Assembly (NCBI GenBank): GCA_038087875.1
Contig: JAXLNO010004433.1
Span: 186,001 to 221,091 of the forward strand
Origin: Malacoraja senta
Lineage: Eukaryota
Length of the DNA: 35,091 nt
Direction: 5' to 3'
Position numbers and translations under genes: made by a program. Each line of letters begins with the position of its first letter. Positions within the stretch are counted from its first letter, which is position 1. Under the pieces are notes generated by a model. That model made no database searches. It worked only from the letters and a program-made list of their open reading frames with translations, and was not told where the DNA came from. This document shows, one piece after another, positions 12,938 through 22,434 of this stretch.

Positions 12938-13120
12938 CAGGGCTCTCACTTAACTTTTTTCCCCTGTTGCCAGCCGGGCAACCTTGACAGCTTTTTAGGT
13001 TGCCAAATGACAGTTTAGGTGGTCATTGAAGACGGTTTGCATGACCCGTGCGATAATGTGCTCGGACGAAGTGCGTACGTACCAGTCGGAATTATGCTCA
13101 ATGAAGCATTCACATATTAT

Positions 13121-13270
13121 GTTCAAGAAGGAACTGCAGATGCTGGAAAATCGAAGATAGACAAAAGTGCTGGAGAAACTCAGCGAGTGCAGCAGCATCT
13201 ATGGAGCGAAGGAAATAAGCAACGTTTCAGGCCGAAACCCATCAGTCTGAAGAAGGGTGAAACCCATCAG
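13121..13270 (-). mobile_element. Penelope-like short repeat with a degenerate hammerhead core
   Basis: GGAACTGCAGATGCTGG...CTGGAGAAACTCAGCG...GCAGCATCT...AACGTTTCAGGCCGAAACCC. Same family as 14420, 15631, 22085 and 27257. Confidence 0.65.
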
Positions 13271-13504
13271 CATATGCTTAACCATACACACTACAAATTG
13301 ATGCAACCATGTTTTCTGTGAAGGACCGAAAATTACCATGACATGCCCATAGCATGGGTCGTTATTGCTATTGGCACAGAAACACTCTGGCTTCCCACAT
13401 AATTTATCCATAACAAAATATACAGGTTGCAAGGAAATTTCTAAGGCATTTTATGATAATAGCTGTTAATACCGACTATTCCTGACTGTACCGACTATAC
13501 CAGA

Positions 13505-13980
13505 CTGATTCCTGGGATGTCAGGACTTTCATATGAAGAAAGACTGGATAGACTTGGCTTATACTCGCTAGAATTTAGGAGATTGAGAGGGGATCTTATA
13601 GAAACTTACAACATTCTTATGGGGTTGGACAGGCTAGATGCAGGAAGATTGTTCCCGATGTTGGGGAAGTCCAGGACAAGGGGTCACAGCTTAAGGATAA
13701 GGGGGAAATCCTTTAAGACCGAGATGAGAAAAAACTTTTTCACACAGAGAGTGGTGAATCTCTGGATCTCTCTGCCACAGAGGGTAGTTGAGGCCAGCTC
13801 ATTGGCTATATTTAAGAGGGAGTTAGATGTGGCCCTTGTGGCTAAAGGGATCAGGGGGTATGGAGAGAAGGCAGGTACAGGATACTGAGTTGGATGATCA
13901 GCCATGATCATATTGAATGGTAGTGCTGGCTCGAAGGGCCGAATGGCCTACTCCTGCACCTATTTTCTATGTATCTATGT
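13505..13980 (+). mobile_element. CR1 LINE 3' fragment (young subfamily)
   Basis: [29 protein letters not shown]...RTRGHSL...FFTQRVVNLW, then a 3' UTR with GATCAGCCATGATC and a CTATGT tail. Nearly identical to 26485-26970. Confidence 0.93.
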
Positions 13981-14199
13981 ATACCCATCTGACAGGTTAA
14001 ACATTACACTAACTGACAAGAGATGGCCAAAGGACATAACTGCAGCAAATGTTCTTTTGGTAATATGTTTAAAGGTGTCAAAACAAATAATAACATTGGG
14101 AATTAAAACACATTTGATTACATTCAGTTATCAAACATAATCAATGTTCGCTCTGAAGACCATGAAGCACAATAGGGTCAAGAGGTGTGTGAATCAGTG

Positions 14200-15060
14200 C
14201 GGGGTGGATAGATGGCGGGGGGGGGGGGGGGGTTGAGAAGGCAATCGGTGCGGAATGGATGGATTGAGGCAGGTGATTAGTACGTGTTGGTTGGAGTATG
14301 TAAAATTGTGAGAGGAGAGCACGGGGGATGTCAGTGGTGTTGAATGGGGGGGATCAGTATGGGATGGATGGGGGGAATCAGTATAGGATGAATGGGGGTT
14401 CAGTACAGGACAATGGGGGTAGACAAAAACGCTGGAGAAATTCAGCGGGTGAGGCAGCATCTATGGAGCTAAGGAAATAAGCAACGTTTCGGGTCGAGAC
14501 CCTTCTTCAGACTGTTCCCCCCATTCTTTTTGAATGGGGGGGTTCAGTACAGGATGGATGGGGGGGGGATCAGCACAGGATGAATGGGGGGGATCAGTAC
14601 AGGATGAATGGGGGGGTCAGAGCAGTGTGGATCGGAGGGTCTATGCAGGATGAATGGGGGATCACTACAGGATGAATGAGGGGATCAGTACAGGATGAAT
14701 GGGTGATCAGTAAAAGATGATTGCGGACAACACTACAGGATGGATGGGCGGATTGGTGCAGGGTAAATGGAGGGTGGGTCAGTACGGGATGAATGGAAGG
14801 ATCAGTGCAGTATGAATGGTGGGGGAGAAGTGCAGGATGGATGGGAAGGGGGATCAGTACAGGATGAATTGGGGGACCAGTGTAGGATGGATGGGGGGGG
14901 GGGGTGGCAGAAGAATCAATGCGAGGTGGGTAGGGTGATGAATAGATTGGGGGGGTAGATGGGGAGGGGAGCACAGAGGATGTCAGTGAGGACTGAATAG
15001 AGGGAATGGGGATCAGTGCGGGATGGAGAGGAGGGGTCCCAGGATAAGAGCGGTGGAGGG
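14200..15060 (+). repeat. Degenerate G-rich minisatellite, unit of about 24 bp (GGGGATCAGTACAGGATGAATGG)
   Basis: Many diverged copies of GATCAGTACAGGATG(A/G)ATGGGG, interrupted by a Penelope-like repeat at 14420-14512. Confidence 0.8.
14420..14512 (-). mobile_element. Penelope-like short repeat with hammerhead core
   Basis: The - strand reads CTGAAGA-A-GGGT-CTCG-ACCC-GAAAC-GTT at 14510-14483. Confidence 0.7.
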
Positions 15061-15253
15061 GGGCGTACAAGAGAGAGAGAGAGAAAGAGGGGGGGAAGGG
15101 GCAGAGGAGGTGGGGAGGAAGAAAGGTAAGCGCTCCTCAGACATCGCCCCGCTGTCTTGGCCGTCCCTGTCCAACACCAAATTGCCGTCGCCGCCTCCTC
15201 GCCACCCCTCCTCCGCCAGCCGACAGGAAGGTGCGGGGCCGAGCGGTGCAGCT

Positions 15254-15281
15254 CAAAGATCCTATAGCTGTAGGATCTTTG
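15254..15281. mobile_element. 28-bp palindromic mini-element with 8-bp TSD (hAT-like)
   Basis: CAAAGATCCTATAG|CTGTAGGATCTTTG (one mismatch), flanked by GTGCAGCT at 15246-15253 and 15282-15289. Confidence 0.75.
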
Positions 15282-15298
15282 GTGCAGCTGCTTCAGAC

Positions 15299-15505
15299 GG
15301 CGGAAGGAGGCCTCCCTCTCCCTCCCTCCTCCCGGCCTCGGCGTGCGAGAGGGGTTGGTTTGAAAGTGTCGTTAGCGGAGTTGCAAGCAGCGACCGTTAT
15401 CAGGGCGATAGGAGCCACTGATGGCAAATCCGCAAAAGACGCTTTCAAAACAACCCCCTCTCGCACGCCGAGGAGGGGGGGGAAAGAGGGAGGCCTCCTT
15501 CCGCC
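15299..15505. repeat. GC-rich inverted repeat, arms of about 70 bp
   Basis: GGCGGAAGGAGGCCTCCCTCT...CCTCGGCGTGCGAGAGGGG...TTTGAAAGTGTC (15299-15370) is the near reverse complement of 15438-15505. Confidence 0.85.
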
Positions 15506-15630
15506 GGGCGTGAGGCGGTGGAGCTGCTGTCGCGGCCGCTGTTGGGGGCCCGTCATTCGCCCCGACCCTTCGTCACCAGGCACCTAGTATCTTTGACCCG
15601 CAATCAAAGATACTAGAGGAATACAGCCGC

Positions 15631-15720
15631 CGACCCGAAACGTCAGTTCCTATTCGCTGGAGATGCTGCATGACCCGCGGAGTTACTCCAGTTTTTTGCG
15701 TCTACCGGTATAAACCAGTA
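15631..15720 (+). mobile_element. Penelope-like short repeat, 5'-truncated within the hammerhead core
   Basis: CGACCCGAAACGTC...GAGATGCTGCATGACCCGCGGAGTTACTCCAG. The CTGA half is missing. Confidence 0.55.
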
Positions 15721-15819
15721 TTTGGGTGCCAAGCCGGGCAAAATGAGTCGGCGTTTAGGTTGCCCGGGGGCCCTTTCTGTGGTCAATGGGGCCCAGGCAA
15801 CCGCTAATTTCGAGCCCTG

Positions 15820-16640
15820 CTGCATCTGCCACGCATCTGCCCACTCACTCAACCTGTCCAGGTCACCCTGCAACCTCCTAACATCCTCTTCACAGTTCAC
15901 ACTGCCACCCAGCTTTGTGTCATCCGCAAACTTGCTAGTGTTGCTCCTAATTCCCTCTTCCAAATCATTAATTTATATGGTAAACAGTTGCGTCCCCAAC
16001 ACCGAGCCTTGCGGCACTCCACTCGCCACTGCATGCCATTCTGAAAAGGACCTGTTCACTCCTACTCTTTGCTTCCGGTCTGCCAACCAATTTTCTATCC
16101 ATGTCAACACCCTACCTCTAATACCGTGCTCTAATTTTAGTCACCAGTCTCCCGTGCGGGACCTTATCAAAGGCTTTCTGAAAGTCTAGATACACTACAT
16201 CCACTGGCACCCCTTCATCTATTTTACTTGTCACATCCTCAAAAAATTCCAGAAGATTAGTCAAGCATGATTTCCCTTTCATAAATCCATGTTGACTTGG
16301 ACTAATCCTTTTACTGCTATCCAAATGCCCCATTATTACCTCTTTAATAATTGACTCCAGCGTCTTTCCCACAGGCTAACTGGTCTGTAATTCCCCGTTT
16401 TCTCTCTCGCTCCTTTCTTGAAAAGTGGGATAACATTAGCTGTCCTCCAATCCACAGCAACTGATCCTGAATATATTGAACATTGGAAAATTATCACCAA
16501 TGCGTCCACTATTTCTAGAGCCACCTCCCTGAGAACCCTGGGATGCAGACCATCAGGCCCATTAGCCAACCCAATACTATTTCTCGCCTAATGAAAATTT
16601 ATTTCAGATCCTCTACCCCCTTAGATCCTCTGTCCTCCAT
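15820..16640 (-). mobile_element. CR1 LINE, upstream RT part of the element ending at 12095
   Basis: GPDGLHPRVLREVA...WRTANVIPLFKKG...GNYRPVSL...QHGFMKGKSCLTNLLEFFE...VYLDFQKAFDKVPH...SKFADDTKL. Confidence 0.93.
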
Positions 16641-16834
16641 GCTGCTTTTCAGCAAAATGATTCAGCTTTGCTATTCTGACTACATTCTTGGCCATTGTCC
16701 ACACCATGCTTCCCAGTATGCGAGTTCCTACTTATCTTACTTAACATTTTCAAAATTCCCTACAACACCTACCAACAATGCTAAATTTCATCTGAAGGCC
16801 TCCCTCTCTCCCCCTCCCTCTCAATTAAACAGTT

Positions 16835-17140
16835 AAACCCGTCTCACGGTGCGAGCTGACCCACGAGGTACCCCGAGCTTAAAACAAATTTAACTTGTGG
16901 TAATCACTTACAATTAACGTAGTGGGAACGTCGGAACTCGTGGACGCAACTTAGCGACTCGTGGCGCTAACGGCAGGTACCCGTGAAACTTGTTAACTCT
17001 TGAAAAAGTTCAAACATGTTTAAAGTTTTCCACGAGTAAAATTTACTCTTGAGGTTAAAATTGAAACATTTGTAAGAACTTGGTGGCCCTCGAGTTAAAC
17101 TTAGTGACTCTTGAGTCTACCGTGTTGGATTAACGTTTCG
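16835..17140. mobile_element. Left end of a PIF/Harbinger-type MITE
   Basis: CCCGTCTCACGGTGCGAGCTGACCCACGAGGTACCCCGAG is the inverted copy of 22391-22433. Superfamily assigned from TIR style only. Confidence 0.55.
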
Positions 17141-17224
17141 AGTGCGATCTTTCATCAGAGCTCCGTTTAATTAATAAATCCAGCCACGGTATTTTGACAT
17201 CAGTCTAGATACACTACATCCACT

Positions 17225-19956
17225 TTTGCCACTAGCTGTGTGCGCTATTTTGCCGCCTTGGAAGCGGGGGGCGGGGTTAAAACACGGGTTTCTCCTACCT
17301 TGTCCTGAATTATATTTCGTTGGAGTGCCAGCTTTTGCTGAAGAATCGTTCCGATGGGCGTTTTGTGTATTTTGTTTTAAAAATCTCCCGACAAGTTCAG
17401 CGCTGGAGTCATTTTAAAATCAGCTTCTGAAGCCGTCAACGCCGACAACGGGGACGGATTTCACGCACGGGACAGGTAAACGAAAGCAGTTTATTTTATG
17501 TATAAAAGTGCTCTTTAAGAGGCCTTTAATTCACATTTTAATTTGCGAAAAGGTGATTCTTTTCCCCGAACTAATGGCAGTATTTTTCATGCTGATACGG
17601 GGTTAAATTCACCGCAAATCAACGTTCCAAATGATCGCGTTCCAGAAAAACCCACTCGCAAGATGATTTAAATGCCCATTAATTTACAGGTATTAAACAT
17701 TACAGGTATTCGTTCCATTTGGCCTATAAATCCATGACAATGAGATTTAAAAATGATGTTATATTGTGAATTCTTGTGTGAATGTTATTTGGACACTTAG
17801 GCTATTTAAAAATGTTAATCTATTCTTAAGAAATTGATAAGTTGTTTAGATCTAGTAATTGAATTATGTAATTAGCTACAATTAGGTACTAACTAATTAT
17901 ATGCTTTAATTTCATGTCATCTAAGTAAGATTGTCCGCAAATTCCACCAGCATGTGCAGTGCCCTACCAGGGGCTCAAACACATTGGATAAAGTGCACAC
18001 CAACATCAAGGACGCATACAGAGCTCTCCCCCGCCCATCCCTGGGACAATCCAATCACCTCTCACTGTTTATACTGCCTGCATACAAACCCCTCATCCGC
18101 AAGACCAAACCAGCAATAAGGACGGTCAAAATATGGCCCGAGGACGCCACCCTACAACTCCAGGACTGCTTTGATCACACCAACTGGGACCTGTTTGCAC
18201 AACAGGCTACCAGTGGTACAGAGGTAGACTTGGAGGAGTACACTTCCACTGTGCTCTCCTACATCAATTGCTGTGTGGAGACTGTCACAGTGGACAAGCA
18301 AATAAAGATGTTCCCAAACCAGAAACCCTGGATGAACAAGGAGGTTCAGGATATGCTAAGGGCGCGCAACAATGCCTTTAAATCCAGGGACACTTCTGCT
18401 TACAGTGCGGCCAGGTCGAACCTGAACAGAGGCACAAAAAAGGCCAAAGACATCCACAGGCAAAGGGTAGAAGACCACTTCAACACCGCGGACACCAGAA
18501 GCATGTGGCAGGGTGTCAGGGACATCACCGACTACAAGAGCAGCCCCGCCTGCCCCCACGGTGATATCACACTGGCCAACGAACTAAACACCTTCTTTGC
18601 CCAGTTCGAAACTGGCAACACCACCAGGAGTGGAATAACCCCGGCCATGGCGGAGGGACAGGCCTTAACACTGAGCACCCAGGAGGTACAGTTCGCTCTG
18701 CGTAGGATTAATCCACGCAAGGCTGCAGGCCCGGATGGAGTCCAGGGAAGGGTACTAAAGGACTGTGCTGTACAGCTGGCGGAGGTATTCACGAGAATCT
18801 TCAATCTGTCTCTATCTCTGGCAACGGTCCCCAAGTGCCTGAAAACAGCCACCATAGTGCCGGTGCCGAAAAAGTCCAAAGTCACCAACCTGAACGACTA
18901 CCGCCCGGTTGCCCCAACTCCAACCCCAATGAAGTGCTTCGAAAGGCTGGTCCTCTCCCATATCAAATCCAGCATCCCTGCCTCACTGGACTCCCATCAA
19001 TTTGCATACAAGGGATGCCATCTCTCTGGCCTGACTCACCTGGACAGACAGGGCACGTATGTGAGGAAGCTCTTCATTGACTATAGCTCTGCATTCAATA
19101 CGGTCATCAATACCCAAGCTCACCACCAAACTCGATATGCGATTGGATCCTGAACTTTCTGACGGAGCGACCGCAGGCAGTGAGACTGGGCCTGCACCTG
19201 TCCTCCACTATCACCCTGAGCACCACAGGGCTGTGTACTAAGCCCCATGCTCTACTCCCTCTTGACTCACGACTGTGTCCCTGCATTCGACACCAACACA
19301 ATCGTGAAGTTTGCAGACGACACAACAGTGATTGGGCTGATCACCAACGGTGATGAAACAAAATACAGAGCGGAGGTGCAGAACTTGGCGGACTGGTGCG
19401 CTCATAACAACTTGTCACTAAACACCTCCAAGACCAAGGAGCTGATTATTGACTTCAGGAGGTCCCATAATGGAGAATACGCCCCAATCTCCATTTACGG
19501 GGGAAAGTGTGGAGAGAGTGTCCAGCTTTAAGTTTCTGGGCACTCACATTTCAGAGGACCTCACATGGTTTATTTATTTTACTTTTCTTGTACATACTGC
19601 ATACTAAATCTCGTTGCACTGACGTGCAATGACACTAAAAGATATTATTATTATTATTATTATATTTGTTTCAGAATGCTTCAATCTATAATAACTGAAA
19701 ATTTCTTTCAGTTCTCTTAATTTTTAAGAAAGTTATGGGCTTTTGACTGTCCTCGATCACAGCTTTTGTGTTAAGTCAATGGAAAAGCAATAGGGAACAA
19801 GATGCTAATTTCCGAGTATGAAAATGGCCATAGCTTTTTTAATACTGAAGATATGAAAGTGAATTAGGTGTCAAATTAAACGTCTTTTTATGCTTTATCT
19901 GACGGGATAAATTACAGACTTGATTTTTTAAATCTCAAAATGTTGTAACATTGCTA
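17225..19956 (+). mobile_element. Non-autonomous DNA transposon (Academ-like), copy 1, 5'-clipped and split by a Rex1 insertion
   Basis: 17225-17934 plus 19662-19956 align end to end with 23402-24443. Ends TTGTAACATTGCTA. Confidence 0.7.
17935..19661 (+). mobile_element. Rex1/Babar LINE, 5'-truncated, frameshifted RT, internal deletion near 19570, (ATT)n tail
   Basis: KPWMNKEV...RKAAGPDGVQGRVLKDCAVQLA...KTATIVPVPKK...LNDYRPVA...MKCFERLV...[11 protein letters not shown], later [13 protein letters not shown]. (ATT)n at 19643-19661. Confidence 0.92.
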
Positions 19957-19961
19957 CTCAT

Positions 19962-20075
19962 AGAGTCAGTCATACAACACGGAAACAGCTTATTTGGTCC
20001 AATTTCTCCATGCCGAACATGGCGCCCCACATGCCAGCGTATGGCCCATATCCTTCCAAACCGATGCTATCCATC
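19962..20075 (-). mobile_element. CR1/HER1-type 3' end scrap
   Basis: GAGTCAGTCATACAACACGGAAACAG...CCATGCCGA resembles the reverse complement of the CR1 3' tail at 29040-29115. Confidence 0.45.
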
Positions 20076-20704
20076 TGGTAAGATAGTATGCAAAACAAAG
20101 CTTTTACACGTGACAATAAAGAAATAATTTATTTGAATCGTTGCTGTGTTTTATTGCTAACCTAAATTTAGCAAGCAATTTTAAGCCATTCCCTGGCAAT
20201 ATAACTACATTTCACTTGCTATTTTAATTATTTCTGAACAAAATTCTACAGCAAGTGACATTTATAAAATATTTACAATATATTTACTACTCTACATATA
20301 GTAGAGTACACTTCTTTTTTTTGATAAATATATGTAAAGTAGTAAATATATTTTCTGCCAGCAGATGTTAAAAAGTGACATAATCCTGCATATTTCCTTT
20401 GGTTGTTTTTTTTACCAATAGTTTAATACATTAGACCACAGTTAAAAAAATAAATAGTTAAAGACTATAAACTGTAGACAAAGGAACAATATTTTGAGAG
20501 TTTGCTATATTTGTAGAATCGAGCTTTGCAATGTGCTTTCTCGTGAATTAACGTGGTGCTTTCTTATTTTGATTGAAAAGCAAGAATCCAGTCACTGATT
20601 ATAGGGTGCAGGTAATATTAAACTGCGCACCCCCTGTTTCTGCAATGGATATTGCAAAAGTTCTGCTTCACCTGGAAAACACATTATCAATTCATAGGAT
20701 ATCA

Positions 20705-21060
20705 TATTGAATTGAATTGAATTGAATTAAACTTTATTAATCCCCTTATTCAGGGGAAATTCAGATGTCCTTGCAGCACACTAATAAAATACAACATAGT
20801 ATTAAAAAGAAGTTCAACACCAAAACATCCCCCCACAGTGGTTCCCACTGTGGGGGAAGGCACAAAGTCCAGTCCCCATCCTCTTGTCCACCCAGAGTCG
20901 GGCCCACTGAGGCCTCCACAGTCGCCGCCACAGCGCCCGATGTTCTCGCCGGGTGATGGTGCGTCGGGAGAACCACCAGCGGCTTGGGGTTCCAGGAACG
21001 GCCACCTTCCCACCGAAGACCACGGCTTCCAAGCCAACAGACCGCGCCGGACGGAGCTCC
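20705..21060 (-). mobile_element. Non-autonomous retroelement/SINE-like 3' end with (TTCAA)n tail
   Basis: The + strand (ATTGA)4 is followed by TTTATT (AATAAA on the - strand), then a GC-rich non-coding body. Confidence 0.55.
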
Positions 21061-21337
21061 ACACACTATGAAGAAGAAACTAGATCAGCCGTGATCTACC
21101 TGGACGGCGGAGAAGACCCAAGGATTGCTTCCTCCAGCTTAAATTTATTACGTCCTTATTAACGGTCAGTATTTGAAAGGTTATCCTTTAAATGAAATGG
21201 TTATTGCCATTCCTAAAGGCTTTTGCGAAAACTTAAACCGTGGTTTATTATTAAGATACTTGAGAATGTTGTTTCATTAACAAATGCTCCTGCAGTTACT
21301 GAGATCAATTTAATAACACAACAGTGCCTTCAGTGGA

Positions 21338-21990
21338 TTTTTTTTTTTTTTTAACTTTATTCATAAAAAGATGTACAGGATATGCAATACACCAATGCCA
21401 TGTGTAATTTCAAAAATAATCTTTCTCCTGAATAAAAATATGTATAAAACAAAAACCGTGTGAAATCTTTTCATAGATTCTCAGTGGTTAATGCCTTTGG
21501 TATTTTTCTAAAATAAACTTTACTCAGAATAAGAAATGTGCATAAAACAAAAACAGTGCAATGCATTATCAATGTCTATACATTCAATAGTGTCATACTT
21601 AGGAGTGTTTCCATCTATATTTAAACAAAACTCTCTTGTCGCTATGTGCCCCTTGGGGTGATATCCCTACCCTTGTCTGACGGGTGTCCCCATTTCAATA
21701 TCCTGCAGCGGAAGGGCCATAGACTGTGGTCCAAATGAACTGCACGTAAATGCAATGCAGATACAAATATTCTGCATCTGTGTCTGCCATTTCCGTCTTT
21801 ATGGCTTTCATGTCACGATTGCCAGTTCAATGAGTAATTCGGCTTAATTCAGATTTTATATGCGGATGCGAATAGTTTAATTATAAAGTTTAAATTCTAT
21901 TAAATATGTTACAGGGAAAAACGTCCAGCAATGAAGAGACATCCCTGTATTTAAATAGCGCCCATCACAAACTCAGGAGGTTCCAACGTC
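21338..21990 (-). mobile_element. Probable decayed L1/Tx1-type 3' end with poly(A)
   Basis: A T16 tract followed by TTTATT on the + strand, an AT-rich UTR, then a degenerate coding-like stretch. No clean motif. Confidence 0.4.
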
Positions 21991-22084
21991 TATTACAGTA
22001 AAGGAAGTACAGTGAACGTACTTCGATAAACATAATGTTGAGCATGAATATTGTTTTGTTTAAAAACGGTGATAACAAGGCTTG

Positions 22085-22190
22085 TAAATATGCAAAGGCA
22101 AACAAAAAAATGCTGGAGAAACTCAGCGGGTGAGGCAGCACCTACGGAGAGAAGAGATATGCGACGTTTCGGGTCGAAACCCTTCTTCAG
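22085..22190 (-). mobile_element. Penelope-like short repeat with the best-preserved hammerhead core
   Basis: The - strand reads CTGAAGA-A-GGGT-TTCG-ACCC-GAAAC-GTC at 22190-22163. Confidence 0.72.
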
Positions 22191-22199
22191 TAACACTGT

Positions 22200-22434
22200 T
22201 GCTTATTAAAACAGACCTTCATTCACGTTTGGCTCAAGAGTAACTCGGGAGAGGAACTTGGTAACTCGGGAGACGAACTTGGAACATCGCAAAAATGACA
22301 AGTTAACGGCAAACGTAGTCATACCCGTGGGAACTCGGTTAAATTCTTGATCATACACTTGGAATCTCGTACACAACCACGAGTCTTTCACTCGGGGTAC
22401 CTCGTGGGTCAACTCGCACCGTGAGACAGGACCA
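22200..22434. mobile_element. Right end of a PIF/Harbinger-type MITE
   Basis: CTCGGGGTACCTCGTGGGTCAACTCGCACCGTGAGACAGGACC is inverted relative to 16835-16877. Confidence 0.55.

Larger units (their letters stand above)
12938..15819. mobile_element. TIR-bounded non-autonomous DNA-transposon-like insertion with cargo, 5-bp TSD
   Basis: Ends are CAGGGCTC (12938) and GAGCCCTG (15819), with shared subterminal GGCAACC/TTAGGTTGCC motifs. CTGCA is duplicated at 12933-12937 and 15820-15824. The CR1 frame ADAWQMQ|YNIDNC is restored when the insert is removed. Confidence 0.82.

Noticed and set aside
13471-13510. ACCGACTAT tandem duplication at a CR1 5' junction
   Set aside because: A common by-product of 5' truncation and repair.
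14200-15060. CRISPR-like repeat array
   Set aside because: Degenerate units with no unique spacers, in a vertebrate context.
14594-15070. Pro/His-rich 158-aa ORF
   Set aside because: Translation of the minisatellite.
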